NCBI GenBank assembly: GCA_044070495.1 | Contig: JBIPSI010000009.1 | Span: 1 to 64,000, forward strand | DNA from: Spirulina sp. | GTDB lineage: Bacteria; Cyanobacteriota; Cyanobacteriia; Phormidesmidales; Phormidesmidaceae | Direction: 5' to 3' | DNA: 64,000 bases | Shown here: positions 60,560-64,000 of the stretch, one piece after another | Position numbering within the stretch: position 1 is the first letter of the stretch | How the letters are laid out: each line of letters starts with the position of its first letter | Translations under genes and position numbers: made by a program | The notes under the pieces: generated by a model | Told to the model about the DNA's origin: nothing | Seen by the model: the letters and a program-made list of their open reading frames with translations, nothing else | Database searches by the model: none

Positions 60560-62023
60560 ATGTCTAGCCCCGACGTTTCTTTGCCCAGTCCTCCACCCTC
60601 CCAATCTGCCCGACCTACCCTAGGACTGCTGACCATGCTGCGCCTGGGGGTGTTCAACATGGGGCTGGGCATTATGTCCCTGCTCACCCTGGGGGTACTC
60701 AACCGGGTGATGATTGAGGAACTGCGGGTTCCGGCTCTGATTGCGGCGGGCACCATTGCGGTGCACCAATTCATGGCCCCGGCGCGGGTGTGGTTTGGCC
60801 AAATGTCCGATGCTCGGCCCCTGCTGGGCTACCACCGTAGCGGCTATATCTGGCTGGGCATTGCCTCGGTGGCGGTGCTCTCCTTTTTGGCGCTGCAAGT
60901 GGTGTGGCAAATTGGCAGCCGCACCCTAGATGGCGGCTGGGGGCCGGGGGTATATCCCTGGGTGGGGCTGTTGGGGCTGTTGTTTGCGGCCTACGGCTTG
61001 GCCCTCAGCGCTACGTCAACGCCCTTCACCGCCCTGCTGGTGGATGTGTCCGATGACGATACCCGATCTCGCCTGGTGAGCATTGGCTGGGCCATGCTGA
61101 TGGTGGGCATCATCACCGGGGTGATCATTAGCTCCATTGTGCTGAAGCCCATTGAACTGGGTGCCCCCTTCGAGCAGGTACGCAGTGCCGTCAATCGCCT
61201 TTTCATCATTGCGCCAGCGGTGGTCTGTGCCCTGGCTATCCTCAGCACCTACGGCATCGAGCGCAAATATTCGCGCCTGAGAGAACGGTCTTCGCTCAAG
61301 GATCGAGAGGACGGCCTCACCCTGCGACAGGCCCTTGGCATTCTCACCGCCAGCCGCCAAACGGCTTTGTTCTTTGGCTTTTTGCTGGTACTCAGCCTCA
61401 GCCTGTTTATGCAAGACGCCATCCTCGAACCCTACGGCGGTGAGGTGTTTGGAATGACCATCGCCGAAACCACCCAGCTCAATGCCGCCTTTGGCATGGG
61501 CACACTGCTGGGGATTATCTTCACGGGCTGGCTGGTGGTGCCCCGCATCGGCAAGCAGCGCACGGTGAAGCTGGGCTGTAGCTGGGCGGCGCTTTGCCTG
61601 GTGGGACTGATCTTGTCAGGACTGACGGCCTCGCCCCAGGTGTTGCTGTCGGCGGTGTTCTTGTTTGGTACGGCGTCCGGGGTGCTTACCCTAGGGGCGA
61701 TTGTGCTGATGCTGGATCTGACGGTGGCGGAAACGGCGGGTACCTTCATCGGCGCGTGGGGGTTGGCCCAGGCCATCGCCAGGGGCAGCGCCACGGTGCT
61801 AGGGGGCGGTTTGTTGGATCTCGGTCGGGTCATCTTTGGCGGCGGGCAGGGATCCGCTGCGGTGGGCGAACCCAATGCCCTATGGGCCTACGGGCTAGTG
61901 TTTGGCCTCCAGGCGGTGGGCATGATGGTGGCGATTGGGTTGCTGAGCCGAGTGGATATTCACGAATTTCAATCCAACGCCAAGGCCGCTATCACCGCTG
62001 CTTTAGAAAGCGATATGGATTAG
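60560..62023 (+). CDS. pucC: BCD/PucC family MFS transporter
   Basis: LNRVMIEEL, WFGQMSD, QDAILEPYGG, GTFIGAWGLAQA. Confidence 0.88.
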   Translation: MSSPDVSLPSPPPSQSARPTLGLLTMLRLGVFNMGLGIMSLLTLGVLNRVMIEELRVPALIAAGTIAVHQFMAPARVWFGQMSDARPLLGYHRSGYIWLGIASVAVLSFLALQVVWQIGSRTLDGGWGPGVYPWVGLLGLLFAAYGLALSATSTPFTALLVDVSDDDTRSRLVSIGWAMLMVGIITGVIISSIVLKPIELGAPFEQVRSAVNRLFIIAPAVVCALAILSTYGIERKYSRLRERSSLKDREDGLTLRQALGILTASRQTALFFGFLLVLSLSLFMQDAILEPYGGEVFGMTIAETTQLNAAFGMGTLLGIIFTGWLVVPRIGKQRTVKLGCSWAALCLVGLILSGLTASPQVLLSAVFLFGTASGVLTLGAIVLMLDLTVAETAGTFIGAWGLAQAIARGSATVLGGGLLDLGRVIFGGGQGSAAVGEPNALWAYGLVFGLQAVGMMVAIGLLSRVDIHEFQSNAKAAITAALESDMD

Positions 62024-62027
62024 GTGG

Positions 62028-62253
62028 CCCTCACCCCCAGCCCCTCTCCTAGAAGGATCTACGGCTCATACACATTATGTTTTCATGCCGCAATTCCTTG
62101 GAGATCCCCCTAAATCCCCCTTGGAAAGGGGGACTTTGAATCCGGTTCCCCCCTTCATAAGGGGGGCTAGGGGGGATCAACCCTAGGAATCCAGCGGAAT
62201 GGAGACTTGTGTATAAGCATGAGCCCCAAGGGAGAGGGATTTAGGGTGAGGGC
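62028..62253. mobile_element. Nested repeat: MITE-like element inside a CCCTCACCCCCAGCCCCTCTCC/GGAGAGGG..GGGTGAGGG repeat
   Basis: Homologous (opposite orientation) to 44140-44350; core at 62103-62178; degenerate ends CTACGG..ATACACA / TGTGTAT. Confidence 0.7.
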
Positions 62254-62336
62254 GACCCTAGGTTAGGCGGGATTTCGCTCCTAAAGATTTCGCTCCTAAA
62301 ATCGCCCCTCAAATCAACGTTCTCAACAGGTTTTCT

Positions 62337-63152
62337 ATGGAATTGTTTTGGCAGACGGTGCTGGATTTTGCCCAAACCACCACCCAGCGCGTGGGGCAGA
62401 AATTACTGGAGGATTTTGGCCATGCCCAGGCCGACCTCAAGGCCGATGGTAGTTTGGTCACCGCCTCCGACCGCTGGGCCGACGAAGCCCTCCGCACCGC
62501 CATTCACGAAACTTTCCCCGACCACGGTGTCCTCAGCGAAGAGACCGTACATCTCTTTCCCGATACCGACTGGTGCTGGATCATCGACCCCATCGACGGC
62601 ACCACCAACTTCACGCGGGGGATTCCGGTGTGGGGGATTTCCCTGGGGTTGCTCTACCGGGGCGTACCCGTCTTTGGCTATGTGGCCCTGCCGCCCCTGG
62701 GACAAGCCTTCCATGGCTATTGGCCCGGTGATAGTGGGTTAACCATGCCCAGCGGGGCCTTCTTCAACGGTCGCCCTATGCACCCCAGCAAGGCAGAACC
62801 TGGCCCCCAGGAATTCTTTAGCCTCTGCGCCCGCAGTACTTCGGTGATGGCCCAGCCCTTCCCCTGCAAAATTCGGATGCTGGGAGCCGCCACCTATAAC
62901 CTGCTGCTGGTGGGGGCTGGCTGGGCGATTGGGGCCGTAGAAGCCACCCCAAAAATCTGGGATATCGCCGCCGTGTGGGCGATTTTGCAAGCCGCCGGAG
63001 CTACCTGGGTTGCCCTCGACGGCATTGCTCCGTTTCCCCTCACCGTAGGTCAAAACTACAGCCGCCAGCCCTATGCCACCCTAGTGACGGCCCAGGCGGT
63101 TTGGGTAGACACTTTTTTGCCCCTTGTGAACAAGGTGGCGCAGCGGGCTTAG
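62337..63152 (+). CDS. Inositol monophosphatase family protein
   Basis: VTASD, LSEE, WIIDPIDGTTNF, IWDIAA. Confidence 0.92.
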   Translation: MELFWQTVLDFAQTTTQRVGQKLLEDFGHAQADLKADGSLVTASDRWADEALRTAIHETFPDHGVLSEETVHLFPDTDWCWIIDPIDGTTNFTRGIPVWGISLGLLYRGVPVFGYVALPPLGQAFHGYWPGDSGLTMPSGAFFNGRPMHPSKAEPGPQEFFSLCARSTSVMAQPFPCKIRMLGAATYNLLLVGAGWAIGAVEATPKIWDIAAVWAILQAAGATWVALDGIAPFPLTVGQNYSRQPYATLVTAQAVWVDTFLPLVNKVAQRA

Positions 63153-63377
63153 GATCCTTATAAACCCTCTCTGCAGAAGGCTAAAGGCGGTCTTGGGCAA
63201 GACGATTTTCTCCATGAGATCGAGGTCTGCTGGGGAAAGCCTTCACCGTGGACTATGCCTGCGCAGACGCGTCACTCACATCGACCAGAACTAGCGCTAG
63301 AGCTTGGTCAATCATCTGCTGCGAATCACCCCTTTGCCCCAGTTCCGCCCCTCACTAATTTTTTCAACAAACCCTGC

Positions 63378-64000
63378 CTAGGGTTCGGCGGGCCAGTTGA
63401 AGCCACGGGACTGCAAAAGCTGACGCTGGCGTTGGCGAGCAAGGGTTTGGAGATCGATGCTGCGGTCGGTTTCGTCTACGATTTCCCCGGTCAGCACCTC
63501 CAGCACATCCTCTAGGGTAACGACACCGGAAACGCCGCCGTACTCATCCACCACCACGGCCAGATGTTCGCGGGCGGTTTGAAACTCTTGCAGCAGCTTG
63601 TCGGCCCGCTCGGTTTCAGAGATAAAGCGCACCGGACGCACCACGTCACGCACCAACTGCTGGCCCTGGCCTTGGATCAGGGCGGCAAGCAGGTCGTGTT
63701 TCATCACCAGGCCCAGGATGTGGTCGATGTCGGTGTCGCTGACCAGAATGCGGCTGTGCTGGGAATTGAAGATTTTGTCCTGGGCTTCGGCAATGGTGAG
63801 ATCACCCGGTAGGTGGGTGAGAGCCACCCGTGGGGTCATGATGTCAATGGATTTGGTGTCGTTGAGGCGAAACACGCGCCGAATCATTTCCGATTCGTCC
63901 GCTTCGATAATGCCCTCCTGGTGGCCGATGGTGGCCATCAGCTTGATTTCCGCCTCGTTGGTGCTGGGGCGGTTGCCCGCGCTAACAAAGGGAGCCGTCA
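63378..64000 (-). CDS. CNNM/hemolysin-family CBS-domain protein (5' part outside the window)
   Basis: DIMTPR, HSRI, VVVDEYGGVSGVVTLEDVLEVLTGEIVDETD; frame stays open to the window edge. Confidence 0.88.
   Translation of the reverse strand, partial: TAPFVSAGNRPSTNEAEIKLMATIGHQEGIIEADESEMIRRVFRLNDTKSIDIMTPRVALTHLPGDLTIAEAQDKIFNSQHSRILVSDTDIDHILGLVMKHDLLAALIQGQGQQLVRDVVRPVRFISETERADKLLQEFQTAREHLAVVVDEYGGVSGVVTLEDVLEVLTGEIVDETDRSIDLQTLARQRQRQLLQSRGFNWPAEP

Noticed and set aside
1..64000. tRNA, rRNA, intact IS/transposase, integrase or prophage genes
   Set aside because: None recognised; a tRNAscan/ISEScan run would be needed to exclude them formally

Overview
Chromosomal window from a GC-rich filamentous cyanobacterium (Leptolyngbya/Nodosilinea-like, inferred from ycf66, sigF, nrrA, tftA, pucC and SLH proteins). 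It is mostly housekeeping genes: sir, ilvN, dapB, aroQ, rluD/rluE, a gyrA/parC paralog, prmA, serA, hemW and ybaK. An accessory stretch at about 2.7-13 kb holds the two best leads. (1) A 6S RNA and an adjacent two-HTH gene are bracketed by two oppositely oriented arrays of the same 12-bp-period TCCT(G/C)WGGA motif, a candidate dedicated regulator/operator module. (2) An NLR-like (EAD-like/NB-ARC/TPR) gene has its last ~90 bp re-duplicated twice downstream, and each copy delimits a different toxin-antitoxin pair, like a cassette array that grows at the gene's 3' end. Other signals are small palindromic repeats/MITEs (some nested, some inserted in frame in the NB-ARC domain), a frameshifted DUF305 pseudogene, an AT-rich orphan gene, and an apparent lack of HIP1 with an excess of CCTAGG. 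All calls come from reading the sequence and recalled family motifs. No database search was run.
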